A DNA stretch of 52,228 nt, taken from Thermoanaerobaculia bacterium (lineage in GTDB: Bacteria; Acidobacteriota; Thermoanaerobaculia; Multivoradales; UBA5704). Numbering within the stretch: position 1 is the first letter of the stretch; each line of letters opens with the position of its first letter. The stretch is from NCBI GenBank assembly GCA_044226625.1, contig JBGAGQ010000045.1, positions 1 to 52,228 of the forward strand, written 5' to 3'. The notes beneath the pieces were generated by a model, which made no database searches, was not told the origin of the DNA, and saw only the letters and a list, made by a program, of their open reading frames with translations. A program made the translations under genes and the position numbers. Below, in pieces: positions 35,802 through 49,146 of the stretch.

Positions 35802-36311
35802 ATGCGCGTCTCGATTCGCTCGCTTCTGGCCTTGATCGTTCTCTTCCTCCCTCTCTCGCTCGCCGCACAGCTTCCCGCCTGGACCGCCGTCGCATCCGAT
35901 GGATCGGTCGACGAGACCAACTACCTGCCCGTCAACTTTGCCTTCACCGGTGCGTCTCTGGGCTTCCTCGGGGCATCGATCTCCCCTTCAATCGTGGCCC
36001 ATTACAACGTGACCAATCAAACCGTCGGTGCCAACCCGGCCTGGACGACCTTGGAGCTCGGGGCGATCGACACCTCCGCGGCCGCGGGCAACCAGGTCAC
36101 GGCGACGCTGATCCGCGTGAGCCGTTGCACCGGAGCCCAGCTCGCGATCTGCACCGCGACCAGCGTGACGAACACGGCGGGCGTCTGCACTCCCTGCACG
36201 TTCCCGGCGAACACCTTCGACTTCAACCAGTTCCTCTACTACGTGGAGGTAAAGATCAGCCGCACCGCCTCGACGGTCGTCGAGCAGGCGACGACGCTGA
36301 GGATCTTCTAG
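35802..36311 (+). CDS. Secreted hypothetical protein (beta-rich, 4 Cys)
   Basis: GGAGGAG SD; signal peptide MRVSIRSLLALIVLFLPLSLAA. Confidence 0.75.
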   Translation: MRVSIRSLLALIVLFLPLSLAAQLPAWTAVASDGSVDETNYLPVNFAFTGASLGFLGASISPSIVAHYNVTNQTVGANPAWTTLELGAIDTSAAAGNQVTATLIRVSRCTGAQLAICTATSVTNTAGVCTPCTFPANTFDFNQFLYYVEVKISRTASTVVEQATTLRIF

Positions 36312-36555
36312 GCATGCCGGACCGGGCTCCTGGGTGATTCCGTGGGCCCGGTTGCTTCGCGTCTGCGCGGCTCTTCGAGCACAGCCTCGGCTCAGCGAGC
36401 TCCACCCTCGGCGGAAAGCGCGCGGCTCGGCAAAGGACGAACGCGCACTGCCGCGGAGACCTCTCACGTGGCGAGCTCGGCACACCGGCCGCAGGTCGAA
36501 TCTCAATCGGCGAATTCCGGGATATCGTTCCCCGCCGAAACGAGAACCTACGACC

Positions 36556-38049
<1,494 letters not shown>

Positions 38050-38075
38050 GGCGGGCGCCGCTCCGGATTTCGACT

Positions 38076-39281
38076 TTGGCCTCGCGCCTCCTCCTTCGCC
38101 CCTGGCCGTTTCCCTGGCTGCTCGCGTTCCGTTACCTCAAGAGCACGCGGCGCGACGCGTTCGCCAGCTTCCTCGCCGCGGTGGCGATGCTCGGGATCGC
38201 CCTTGGCGTCACCGCGCTGATCCTGGCGCTCGGCGTGATCTCCGGTTTCCAGGAGGCGCTTCGGGACGAGTTGCTCTCGCGCACGCCAGAAATCCTGATC
38301 GACCTCCCTCCCGGGGCGAACGCCGAGGGAGCACGCAAGGCGGCCACCGCCGTGCCGGGAGTGCGCTCGGCACGCCTCGAGGTGCGGGGCAGCGGCTGGG
38401 TGGTCGACGGCGGCAAGGTCCAGCCGGTCGAGCTGATCGGCTTCGACGGCCCGGTGCCGGCGTTTTTCCCCGGGGCGTCCGGCCGGGCGCCGGGGCTCTA
38501 CCTACCCGAAGGGCTCGCCACCCGGTGGGGAATTCGGCCCGGTGAGATGGTGGACGTCGTCTCACCGAAGCCGACGCTCGCGCCGTTCGGCGGTCCGGTG
38601 CCGAGGTTGCGGAGCCTTCCCCTCGCGGGAACCTACGAATCGGGCAAAACCCAGGAGGAGCGAGAGCGGGTGGCGCTACCGCGGCAGATCGCCGAGAGCT
38701 TGCTGGGTACCGCGAACCGCAAGGTCGAGGTCGCCGCGGGCGGGCTCGACGCGGCGCTCGCGGCGGTTGCGGGCCTCAATGCGGCGCTCGTCCCCGTCGC
38801 CCCGGGCAGCTCGGTCCGCACCTGGGCCGACCTGAACCGGCCGCTCCTGTTCGCCTTGCGGCTCGAGAAGACCCTCACTTTCGTCGCCGTCTTCCTGATC
38901 GTTCTGGTCGCTTCTCTCGCCCTCGTCGCGTCGCTCTCGCTGGTGATCGCGAGCAAGCGCTCGGAGATCGGCATGCTCGGCGCGATGGGCGCTTCGGGCC
39001 GTGACCTCGAACGGGCGTTCCGGACGCTTGGCGGATTGATCGCCGCCCTTGGATTGGTGGTCGGGAGCGCGGGGGGGCTCGCCGTCGCCTGGGCGATCGA
39101 CCGGTATCACCTGGTCCGGCTGCCGAGCCGGGTCTATTTCCTCGACTATCTGCCGGTCCTGGTCGAGGGGCGCGACCTCGCCTGGGTGCTCCTGCTCACG
39201 TTCGGCTTGGCGATCGCAGCCTCGACCTACGCGGCGCGGCGCGCCGCCGCGCTCGACCCGCTGGAGGCGATCCGCCGATGA
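38076..39281 (+). CDS. lolE: Lipoprotein-releasing ABC transporter permease LolC/E
   Basis: LAFRYLKS, GIALGVTALIL...SGF, WADLNRPL...LEK, KRSEIGML, YFLDYLP, AARRAA.LDP.EAIR; TTG start inferred. Confidence 0.88.
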   Translation: MASRLLLRPWPFPWLLAFRYLKSTRRDAFASFLAAVAMLGIALGVTALILALGVISGFQEALRDELLSRTPEILIDLPPGANAEGARKAATAVPGVRSARLEVRGSGWVVDGGKVQPVELIGFDGPVPAFFPGASGRAPGLYLPEGLATRWGIRPGEMVDVVSPKPTLAPFGGPVPRLRSLPLAGTYESGKTQEERERVALPRQIAESLLGTANRKVEVAAGGLDAALAAVAGLNAALVPVAPGSSVRTWADLNRPLLFALRLEKTLTFVAVFLIVLVASLALVASLSLVIASKRSEIGMLGAMGASGRDLERAFRTLGGLIAALGLVVGSAGGLAVAWAIDRYHLVRLPSRVYFLDYLPVLVEGRDLAWVLLLTFGLAIAASTYAARRAAALDPLEAIRR

Positions 39282-40042
39282 GCGTCGAGGTTCAGGCGCG
39301 CGACGTCTCCAAGGCCTATCGGGACGGCACGCGGACGGTCGAGGTGCTACGCGGCGCGAGCCTGTCGGTCGGCGCGGGCGAGATCGTCGCGATCGTCGGC
39401 CCGTCCGGGTCGGGAAAGTCGACCTTCCTTCACCTGCTCGGCGGGCTCGATCGCGCCGACTCCGGGACGATCCGGATCGGCGGCGAGCGGCTCGACGACC
39501 TGTCTAGGGCCGAGCTCGCGGCGTTCCGCAACCGGACGATCGGTTTCGTCTTCCAGTTCCATCAACTGCTGCCCGATTTCACCGCGCTCGAAAACGTCAT
39601 GCTGCCGGGGCGGATCGCGGGGCGGGAGCCGCGCGAGGTCCATGGCCGGGCGCGTGAGCTGCTGGCGGAGGTCGGGCTCACGGCGCGTTTGGACCACTAC
39701 CCGAACCAGCTGTCCGGAGGGGAGCGGCAGCGGGTCGCGATCTGCCGGGCACTCGCCCTCGACCCTCCCTTGCTGCTCGCCGACGAGCCCACCGGTAACC
39801 TCGATCCGGAGACGGCGGAGCAGGTATTCGACCTGTTGTTGGCGCTCCAGGCGCGCCATCACACGACGGCGGTGCTGGTCACCCACAACCCGGAGATCGC
39901 CGGGCGCTGTGCTAGGATCGCGAGGCTCGACGGCGGCTTTCTGGAGCCGGAACGGGAGCTTTCCCCACCCTGGGACGGGGGAGCAGAGGAGGCCGCAGCC
40001 GCCGGAGACGTCGATCGGCAAGCGATCGGGAGAAGGCCGCGC
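39278..40042 (+). CDS. lolD: Lipoprotein-releasing ABC transporter ATPase LolD; no stop codon, continues in frame into clpC
   Basis: [45 protein letters not shown]. Confidence 0.88.
39910..39918 (+). promoter_or_regulatory. Possible extended -10 promoter inside the lolD 3' end
   Basis: TG-C-TAGGAT, about 125 bp upstream of clpC ATG, encoded by codons (TGT GCT AGG) atypical for this GC3-rich gene. Confidence 0.4.
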
Positions 40043-42469
<2,427 letters not shown>

Positions 42470-42574
42470 ATCGCGGGGCCGCCGCTAGATCGCCGCAGGA
42501 CCGCCGGTAGAATGCCGCGCCCCCGACCGTGAAGGCTCGGGGTCGCTTCTAATGACGAACTTGGGAGAAGCCCG

Positions 42575-45013
42575 GTGACCGAGACGCCCCTTCGCAAACA
42601 GCGCCCGCTTGGACTCGCGCCGCGAGCCGCCTTCTGGCGCCGCTGTCTCGCGCTGTTGCTGCTGCCGCTGCTGCTCCCCGCCGGACATCCGGTGGGCGCG
42701 CAGGACAACGGCGCCGCGCCCACCATCGAGGCGATCGAGACGAAGGGCCTCGCGACGCTTTCGGAGGAGACGCTCCTCTTCTATCTCGGCCTGGAAGTGG
42801 GGCAGACGCTCTCCGAGCGCGAGCTGGACACGCGGGTCAAGCAGCTCTGGGACCGTAGGCTGATCGACGACCTGGAGATCGCGACCGAGCCCGGCTCGGC
42901 CGCGGGCAAGGTCAAGCTGGTAATCACCGTGGTCGAGCGTCCGGTCCTCCGCTCGATCGACTTCCAGGGTTTGAAGCGGGTCTCGAAGACCGACGTTCAA
43001 GACAAGATCGCGACCCAGCGCATCCAGGTGCGGGAAAACGATCCCGTCTCGCTCGGCGAGCTCCAGCGGGTGAAAACCTTGATCGAGGAGCTCTACAAGG
43101 AAAAAGGCTACCGCTTCGCCCAGGCGCGCTACACGATCGAGGACGTCGGGCCGAACGAGAAGAAGGTGACCTTCTCGGTCGACGAGGGCAATCGCGTCCG
43201 CATCGCGGACATCGCGTTCGAAGGAAACACGGTCTTCAACGACCTCCGCCTGCGCCTCGCGATGAAGAAGACCAAGCAGACCAGCCTCATCTCGCGCTTC
43301 TCGAAGCACGACATCTACAGCCCTGCGACTCTCCAAGAAGACCTCGACAAGGTCCGCGACCTCTATCGCGGCGCGGGTTACAAGAACGTCGTCCTCGGCG
43401 AGCCGAAGATCGAAGTCAAGGCGAAACGGCCGAACGAGACGACGACGGCCAAGCAGAAGCGCCAGATGTACGTGACCATCCCGGTCGACGAGGGGGAGCG
43501 CTGGAAGTTCGGCGAGGTGAAGATCGAGGGCAACAAGGTCTACACCGAGGCCGGGCTGCTTCGCTTGGTCCATTCGCGGAAGAACTCGTGGCTCCGCTCG
43601 AAGCTGCTCGATGACGGCGTCAAGGCGATCGACGACCTCTACCACAACAGCGGCTACATCTTCGCGCGCGTCGAGCCCGAGGTCATCGAGAAGCCGGACA
43701 ACGTCGCGGACATCTTGATTCGGGTGACCGAGGGCGATCAGTTCAAGGTCGGCCGGATCGAGTTCGACGGCAACGACAAGACTCGCGATCGCGTGCTGCG
43801 TCGGGAGCTCCGCCTGCAAGAAGGGAGCGTGATCTCGATCGCCGGTGTGAAGAACACGGTGACCAAGGTCAACCAGCTCGGCTACTTCAAGCTCAACGAG
43901 GAAGACCCGGTAGACATCGACTACGACAGCGCGAACAAGAAGGTGAACCTGGTTTTCAAGGGTCGCGAGTCGGAGCGCACGGAACTGCAGTTCGGCGGCG
44001 GCTGGAGCGAGGTCGACAAGTTTTTCGGCCAGTTCTCGGTCAACACCAAGAACTTCCTCGGCCGCGGCGAGCAGCTCGGATTCTCGTTCCAATCGGGCGG
44101 CACCCGACGGGCCTTCGACCTCTCTTATTACGTACCTTGGCTGCTCGACAAACCGCAGAGCCTGGGCATTCGCCTGTTCAACCAGGACCTGGATTACGAG
44201 GTCTTCACCGACCAGCGCCTGCAGCGCAAGTCGAAGGGCGCCGTGCTCACCTACGGCCGCTCCTTCGGCCTGTTCAACCAGGCGAGCATCGCCTATAGCC
44301 GCGGCAAGTACGACGACCAGCAGAGCTTCCTCGACGCGATGGGGATGCAGCAGACGGTGCGCTTGAAGATCGACAACTCGTCGCTCAAGCCGTTCTACCT
44401 CTACGACAGCCGGGACAACCCGTTCGAGCCGGTCCGCGGGACGAAGGTCAGCCTGAGCCTCGAATACGCGGGCGGCTTCCTCGGCGGCGACAACTACTTC
44501 CTGCGTCCGGAGGCGGGCTTCTCTTATTTCCGCCCGGTGTCGCGCGGCACCGTGAAGACGGTGTTCGCCACCAACCTCGAGGCGGGCCTGATCCACAACC
44601 TCGACAAGTTCGCCCTGCCGTTCAACGAGCTCTACCGTCTGGGCGGCGACAACAGCATCCGTGGCCATTCGTTCGGCTCGATCCTCGCGCTCGGTAAGAA
44701 CGGCGGCCCGCTGGTCTCTTCCGACGGCATCGTTCTCGGCGGCGACCGCTATCTGCAAGCGAACGTCGAGTATCAGTGGCTGCTCGGCGGACCGTTCCGC
44801 GTCCTCGCGTTCGTCGACGCGGGCAATACCTGGAACTCCGAGTTCGGCGCCAACGTGGACCTGAGCACGCTCCGCTACACCACGGGCCTGGAGCTGCGCG
44901 TCCTGCTGCCGGTCTTCGGCGCGCCGCTGCGCTTCATCTACGCCTTCAACCTGAACGAGAAACCCAACGACCGGTTCCAGCGCTTCCAGTTCAGCGTCGG
45001 CACCAGTTTCTAG
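42575..45013 (+). CDS. bamA: Outer membrane protein assembly factor BamA
   Basis: POTRA repeats (GNDKTRDRVLRRE), NFLGRGE, IRGH (VRGF-like), GAPLRFIYA, C-terminal FQFSVGTSF. Confidence 0.95.
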   Translation: MTETPLRKQRPLGLAPRAAFWRRCLALLLLPLLLPAGHPVGAQDNGAAPTIEAIETKGLATLSEETLLFYLGLEVGQTLSERELDTRVKQLWDRRLIDDLEIATEPGSAAGKVKLVITVVERPVLRSIDFQGLKRVSKTDVQDKIATQRIQVRENDPVSLGELQRVKTLIEELYKEKGYRFAQARYTIEDVGPNEKKVTFSVDEGNRVRIADIAFEGNTVFNDLRLRLAMKKTKQTSLISRFSKHDIYSPATLQEDLDKVRDLYRGAGYKNVVLGEPKIEVKAKRPNETTTAKQKRQMYVTIPVDEGERWKFGEVKIEGNKVYTEAGLLRLVHSRKNSWLRSKLLDDGVKAIDDLYHNSGYIFARVEPEVIEKPDNVADILIRVTEGDQFKVGRIEFDGNDKTRDRVLRRELRLQEGSVISIAGVKNTVTKVNQLGYFKLNEEDPVDIDYDSANKKVNLVFKGRESERTELQFGGGWSEVDKFFGQFSVNTKNFLGRGEQLGFSFQSGGTRRAFDLSYYVPWLLDKPQSLGIRLFNQDLDYEVFTDQRLQRKSKGAVLTYGRSFGLFNQASIAYSRGKYDDQQSFLDAMGMQQTVRLKIDNSSLKPFYLYDSRDNPFEPVRGTKVSLSLEYAGGFLGGDNYFLRPEAGFSYFRPVSRGTVKTVFATNLEAGLIHNLDKFALPFNELYRLGGDNSIRGHSFGSILALGKNGGPLVSSDGIVLGGDRYLQANVEYQWLLGGPFRVLAFVDAGNTWNSEFGANVDLSTLRYTTGLELRVLLPVFGAPLRFIYAFNLNEKPNDRFQRFQFSVGTSF

Positions 45014-45065
45014 GATCCAGTTTCGACCTCGAATCTAGATCGAATCCAGAAGGAGAGCGAACAGC

Positions 45066-45617
45066 ATGTTGCATGGAACGAAATCCGTCCTTCGCCGCGC
45101 CGCCGTCGCCGGGGCGTTCGTCCTGCTCGCGACGCCGGGAGCCTGGGCGCAAGCGGCGCCGAAATTCGGCGTCATCGACGTGCAGGAAATCGTCACCGAA
45201 TCGGAGACCGGCAAGAAGGTCTTCCAGCAGCTGGAGACGTTCGGCAAGGACAAGCAGACCGAGCTCGACGGCAAGCGCAAGGAGATCGACGATCTGCGCG
45301 CGAAGCTCGACGCGGGCAAGAACACCCTGGCCGAGGCGAAGGTCAAGGAGATGGCCGAGCAGATCGAGCAGAAGGGCATCGCGCTCGACCGCGCCCTCGA
45401 CGACGCGAAGCGCGACTTCAACCGGCGCCAGCAGGAGCTGCTCGGCCAGATCGAACAGAAGGTGCTGCCGATCATCACCCAGCTCGGCCGGGAAGGCGGC
45501 TACACCTTCATCTTCCGCAAGTTCGACAGCGGCCTGATCTACGCCGACGAGGCGACCGACGTCACCAAGCAGGTGATCGCGAAGCTCGACGCCGCTGCGC
45601 CCGCGGCGGGCAAGTAG
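45066..45617 (+). CDS. skp: Periplasmic chaperone Skp/OmpH
   Basis: Signal peptide, KFGVIDVQ, coiled coil, GYTFIF...LIYA...DVTKQVI. Confidence 0.92.
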   Translation: MLHGTKSVLRRAAVAGAFVLLATPGAWAQAAPKFGVIDVQEIVTESETGKKVFQQLETFGKDKQTELDGKRKEIDDLRAKLDAGKNTLAEAKVKEMAEQIEQKGIALDRALDDAKRDFNRRQQELLGQIEQKVLPIITQLGREGGYTFIFRKFDSGLIYADEATDVTKQVIAKLDAAAPAAGK

Positions 45618-45621
45618 CCGG

Positions 45622-46710
45622 GTGCCGATCCGTCTCCACGATCTGGCCGCCCGGCTCGAGGGGCGCGTCGAGGGCGACGAGGAGCTGATCGTCCAAGGGG
45701 TCCGGCCGCTCGCCGAGGCGGCGGCCGAGCACCTTTCGCTGTGGAACCACCCGCGGTATCGGAGCGCCGCTCTGGAAAGCGCCGCGGGTGCGTTGCTCAC
45801 CACCTCGGTCCTGGCCGAGCAGCTCGGCCCGGACCATGGGCGGAATCTGCTGCTCGTCGACGACGTGTCGTTCGCCCTCGCGCGCGCCCTCGAGCTGCTC
45901 CATCCGGAGCGGGAGCGGGCTCCAGGAATCGCTCCGTCGGCGATCCTCGATCCCTCCGTCGAGGTCGATCCGAGCGCCTGGATCGGTCCCTACGTGGTGA
46001 TCGAGGCCGGGTCGAAGATCGGTGCCCGCGCGGCGATCCATCCGTTCGTCTCGATCGGCCGTGGCTGCTCGGTAGGAGAGGGTGCGATCCTCTATCCCCA
46101 CGCGGTGCTCTACGACGACAGCGAGATCGGCCCCGGCGGAATCGTCCACGCGGGGGCGGTGATCGGGAGTGACGGCTTCGGCTACGCGACGCGACAAGGT
46201 GTGCACCACAAGGTGCCGCAGGTCGGTCGCGCGGTGGTGGAAGCGGAAGTCGAAATCGGCGCGAACTCGACGATCGACCGGGCGACCCTCGGCGAGACAC
46301 GAATCGGCCGCGGCGCCAAGGTGGACAACCTGGTCCAGGTGGGGCACAACGTCAAGGTCGGCGCGGGCTCGATCCTCTGCGGCCAGGCGGGCATTGCCGG
46401 GTCGACCGAATTAGGGCGTTACGTCGTGCTCGCGGGGCAGGTGGGCGTGTCGGGGCATCTCTCGGTGGCGGACGGCACGCAGGTGGCGGCAAAATCCGCG
46501 GTGTTGCGTCCGGTCGAAGAGAAAGGCGGGCAGATCGGCGGTATCCCGGCGCGGCCGATCGCCGATTGGCGCCGCGAGGCGGCGGCGACGACCAAGCTGC
46601 CGCAAACGATCCGGCGCCAGAACGAGCTGGCGCGGCGGGTCGAACGGATCGAGGAGCGTCTCGCGGCGCTCGGGGAGCCGGGGGGCCCGGGAGACAGGGG
46701 AGAGGCATGA
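45622..46710 (+). CDS. lpxD: UDP-3-O-acylglucosamine N-acyltransferase
   Basis: Hexapeptide repeats, IGSDGFGY, EIGANSTIDR, KVDNLVQVGHNV, GQAGIAGS. Confidence 0.95.
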   Translation: MPIRLHDLAARLEGRVEGDEELIVQGVRPLAEAAAEHLSLWNHPRYRSAALESAAGALLTTSVLAEQLGPDHGRNLLLVDDVSFALARALELLHPERERAPGIAPSAILDPSVEVDPSAWIGPYVVIEAGSKIGARAAIHPFVSIGRGCSVGEGAILYPHAVLYDDSEIGPGGIVHAGAVIGSDGFGYATRQGVHHKVPQVGRAVVEAEVEIGANSTIDRATLGETRIGRGAKVDNLVQVGHNVKVGAGSILCGQAGIAGSTELGRYVVLAGQVGVSGHLSVADGTQVAAKSAVLRPVEEKGGQIGGIPARPIADWRREAAATTKLPQTIRRQNELARRVERIEERLAALGEPGGPGDRGEA

Positions 46711-47189
46711 GCACCATGAACGCGACGAGCGAAGAGAATCCAGCGGCTCCGACGCCGCCGCACGACATCGAATGGATCCTGGGGATCCTGCCGCACCGCT
46801 ATCCGATCCTCCTGGTGGATCGGGTGCTCGAGCTGGTGCCGAAGCAGAAGATCGTCGCGACCAAGAACGTCACGATCAACGAGCCGGTCTTCCTCGGCCA
46901 CTTCCCGAACAAGCCGGTGATGCCGGGGGTGTTTCTGATCGAGGGTCTCGCGCAGGCTGGAGGGCTGCTGCTCCTCTCCGAGATGCCCGACCGCGACCGC
47001 AAGCTCCTGTTCTTCGCCGGGATCGAGGAGGCGAAGTTCCGGCGGCCGGTCGTTCCAGGGGACCAGATCCGCTACGAAGTGGAAGTCCTACGCCTTCGTT
47101 CGACGTTCTGCCGGTTCGCCGGCCGGGTGCTGGTCGATGGCCAGCTCGCCGCCGAGGCGCTCCTCTCCTCGGCAATGGTGGACCGCTGA
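46707..47189 (+). CDS. fabZ: 3-hydroxyacyl-ACP dehydratase
   Basis: LPHRYPILLVDRV, KNVTINE, GHFP..PVMPGV..IEGLAQ, FRRPVVPGD. Confidence 0.96.
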   Translation: MSTMNATSEENPAAPTPPHDIEWILGILPHRYPILLVDRVLELVPKQKIVATKNVTINEPVFLGHFPNKPVMPGVFLIEGLAQAGGLLLLSEMPDRDRKLLFFAGIEEAKFRRPVVPGDQIRYEVEVLRLRSTFCRFAGRVLVDGQLAAEALLSSAMVDR

Positions 47190-48025
47190 TGTCAGCCCGG
47201 ATCCATCCTCAGGCGGTGGTCGACCCGTCCGCGCGGCTCGGCGACGGCGTGGTCGTCGGGCCGTTCGCGGTGATCGGTCCCGAGGTGGAGATCGGCGAGG
47301 GCACGGAGATCGGCGCCTCGGCTCAGGTCTATGGACCGACCACGATCGGCCGCGAGAACAAGATCTATCCCCACGCGGCGGTCGGCTTCGATCCGCAGGA
47401 CCTCTCCTTCAAGGGCGAGACGGTGAGGCTCACGGTCGGTGACCGGAACACGATCCGCGAATTCACGACGATCCATCGCGGCACGACGAAAGGGGGGGGC
47501 CACACACGGGTCGGCAACGACAATCTGTTCATGGCCTACACCCACGTCGCCCACGACTGCACGGTGGGCGACCGGACGATCTTCGCCAACAACGCGACGC
47601 TCGCGGGGCACGTCGAAGTCCACGACGACGCGACGATCAGCGCATTTTCCGCCGTCCACCAGTTCTGCCGGGTCGGGCGGCACGCCTACGTCGGTGGCTT
47701 CTCGGTGATCGTGATGGACGCCCTGCCGTTCGTCAAAACCGTCGGCCAGAAGCCGGCCTATTACGGCCTGAACGCGATCGGGCTGCGCCGCAAGGGGTTC
47801 GACCGCGAGGCGATCCGGACCCTCGAGCAGGCGATGAAGATCCTGGTCGAATCGAAGCTCAACACGACCCAGGCGCTCGCCCGCCTGCGCGCCGAGCTCG
47901 CCCACGATCCGAACGTCGCCTATCTGATCGATTTCGTCGAATCGGCGAAGCGCGGCTATTACCGCAGCCTGCCCGGACGCAAGTCCGGTCGGGGAGGGGG
48001 TACCTCTGAAGCCGCCACCGAATAG
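47189..48025 (+). CDS. lpxA: UDP-N-acetylglucosamine acyltransferase
   Basis: IHPQAVV, PQDLSF, IREFTTIHRGT, HVAHDC, LAGHV, HQFCRVG, GLNAIGLRR. Confidence 0.96.
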   Translation: MSARIHPQAVVDPSARLGDGVVVGPFAVIGPEVEIGEGTEIGASAQVYGPTTIGRENKIYPHAAVGFDPQDLSFKGETVRLTVGDRNTIREFTTIHRGTTKGGGHTRVGNDNLFMAYTHVAHDCTVGDRTIFANNATLAGHVEVHDDATISAFSAVHQFCRVGRHAYVGGFSVIVMDALPFVKTVGQKPAYYGLNAIGLRRKGFDREAIRTLEQAMKILVESKLNTTQALARLRAELAHDPNVAYLIDFVESAKRGYYRSLPGRKSGRGGGTSEAATE

Positions 48026-48977
48026 CTCCGGGAATACCCCCGCGGCGGATGACAAACCGCTCAAGATCGGCGTCGTCGGCACCGGCTCGCTCGGCCGTCA
48101 CCACGTGCGCATCCTCTCGACGCTCCCCGGCGTAGAGCTGGTCGGGATCGTCGACTCCCGCACCGAGGTGGCCCAGGCGCTCGCGACGGAGCACGGCACG
48201 GTGGTCCTGCCCTCCGTCGAAGCGCTGGCCGAGGTCGCACACGCCGCGGTCGTGGCGGTCCCCACCGTCTCGCACGCCGAGGTCGGCGTCTACCTCGCCC
48301 GGCGCGGGCTCCACGTCATGATGGAGAAGCCGATCGCCTCGTCTCTCGGCGAGGCGGACTCTCTGATCGCGGCCGCACGAGGCACCGATCGGGTGCTCGC
48401 CGTCGGCCATGTCGAGTTCCACAACCCTGCGGTTCAGGCGCTCCGGGGAATCGGCGTTCCGCCGCGCTTCGTCGAGATCGAGCGCCTCGGCGTCTTCTCG
48501 CCCCGCTCGCTCGACGTGGACGTGGTGCTCGACCTGATGATCCACGACCTCCAGATCCTCCACGCGCTCGACCCCTCGGCGGTCGTCGAGGTACGGGCCA
48601 CGGGGATCTCCGTGCTCTCGCCGAAAATCGACATCGCCAACGCGCGGATCGAGCTCGCGTCCGGCTGCGTGGCGAACTTGACCGCCTCGCGCGTCTCGGC
48701 GGAGCGGACGCGCAAGCTGCGCGCTTTCCTGCCCAGCCGCTACTACTCGCTCGACTACCAGGCCCAAGAGATCAAAGGGTACCGCCTGATCGACGAGGGG
48801 GGGGAGCGGAAGATCCAGAAGGACGACCTTGCGGTGGAGAAGGCCGAGCCCCTGAAGTGCGAGCTCGAGGCGTTCGTCGCCGACTGCGTCGCCGGCCGAG
48901 CCGCCCGGTCGGTTTCCGGCGAGCAAGGGCGCCGCGCTCTCGAGTCGGCGCTCGCCGTGGTGGCGGCGATCGGCTAA
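48006..48977 (+). CDS. Gfo/Idh/MocA oxidoreductase (GnnA-like candidate); start codon non-canonical or frameshifted
   Basis: KIGVVGTGSLGRHH Rossmann motif lies upstream of the first GTG (48105); EKPIA, VGHVEFHN, DVVLDLMIHD, LTASRVS. Confidence 0.8.
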   Translation: MKPPPNSSGNTPAADDKPLKIGVVGTGSLGRHHVRILSTLPGVELVGIVDSRTEVAQALATEHGTVVLPSVEALAEVAHAAVVAVPTVSHAEVGVYLARRGLHVMMEKPIASSLGEADSLIAAARGTDRVLAVGHVEFHNPAVQALRGIGVPPRFVEIERLGVFSPRSLDVDVVLDLMIHDLQILHALDPSAVVEVRATGISVLSPKIDIANARIELASGCVANLTASRVSAERTRKLRAFLPSRYYSLDYQAQEIKGYRLIDEGGERKIQKDDLAVEKAEPLKCELEAFVADCVAGRAARSVSGEQGRRALESALAVVAAIG

Positions 48978-49146
48978 GCGAGTTTCTCCCGGCCGAAAGA
49001 GGCCCCGGGGCCATCCGGTACCCGGGGCCGCAGGCTCCCTCCGCCGTAACTTTGTTTTGCCCCCCGCGTAGAATCCATCGCCGGCCCGTTCCGGCGGTCT
49101 ACGTTCCCATGAAAAATTCCCGCCGCGGGCGGGATGAGGTGATTCG

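Noticed and set aside
49001-49029. Hairpin GGCCCCGGG...CCCGGGGCC as an intrinsic terminator
   Set aside because: No U-tract directly follows the stem; function unclear.
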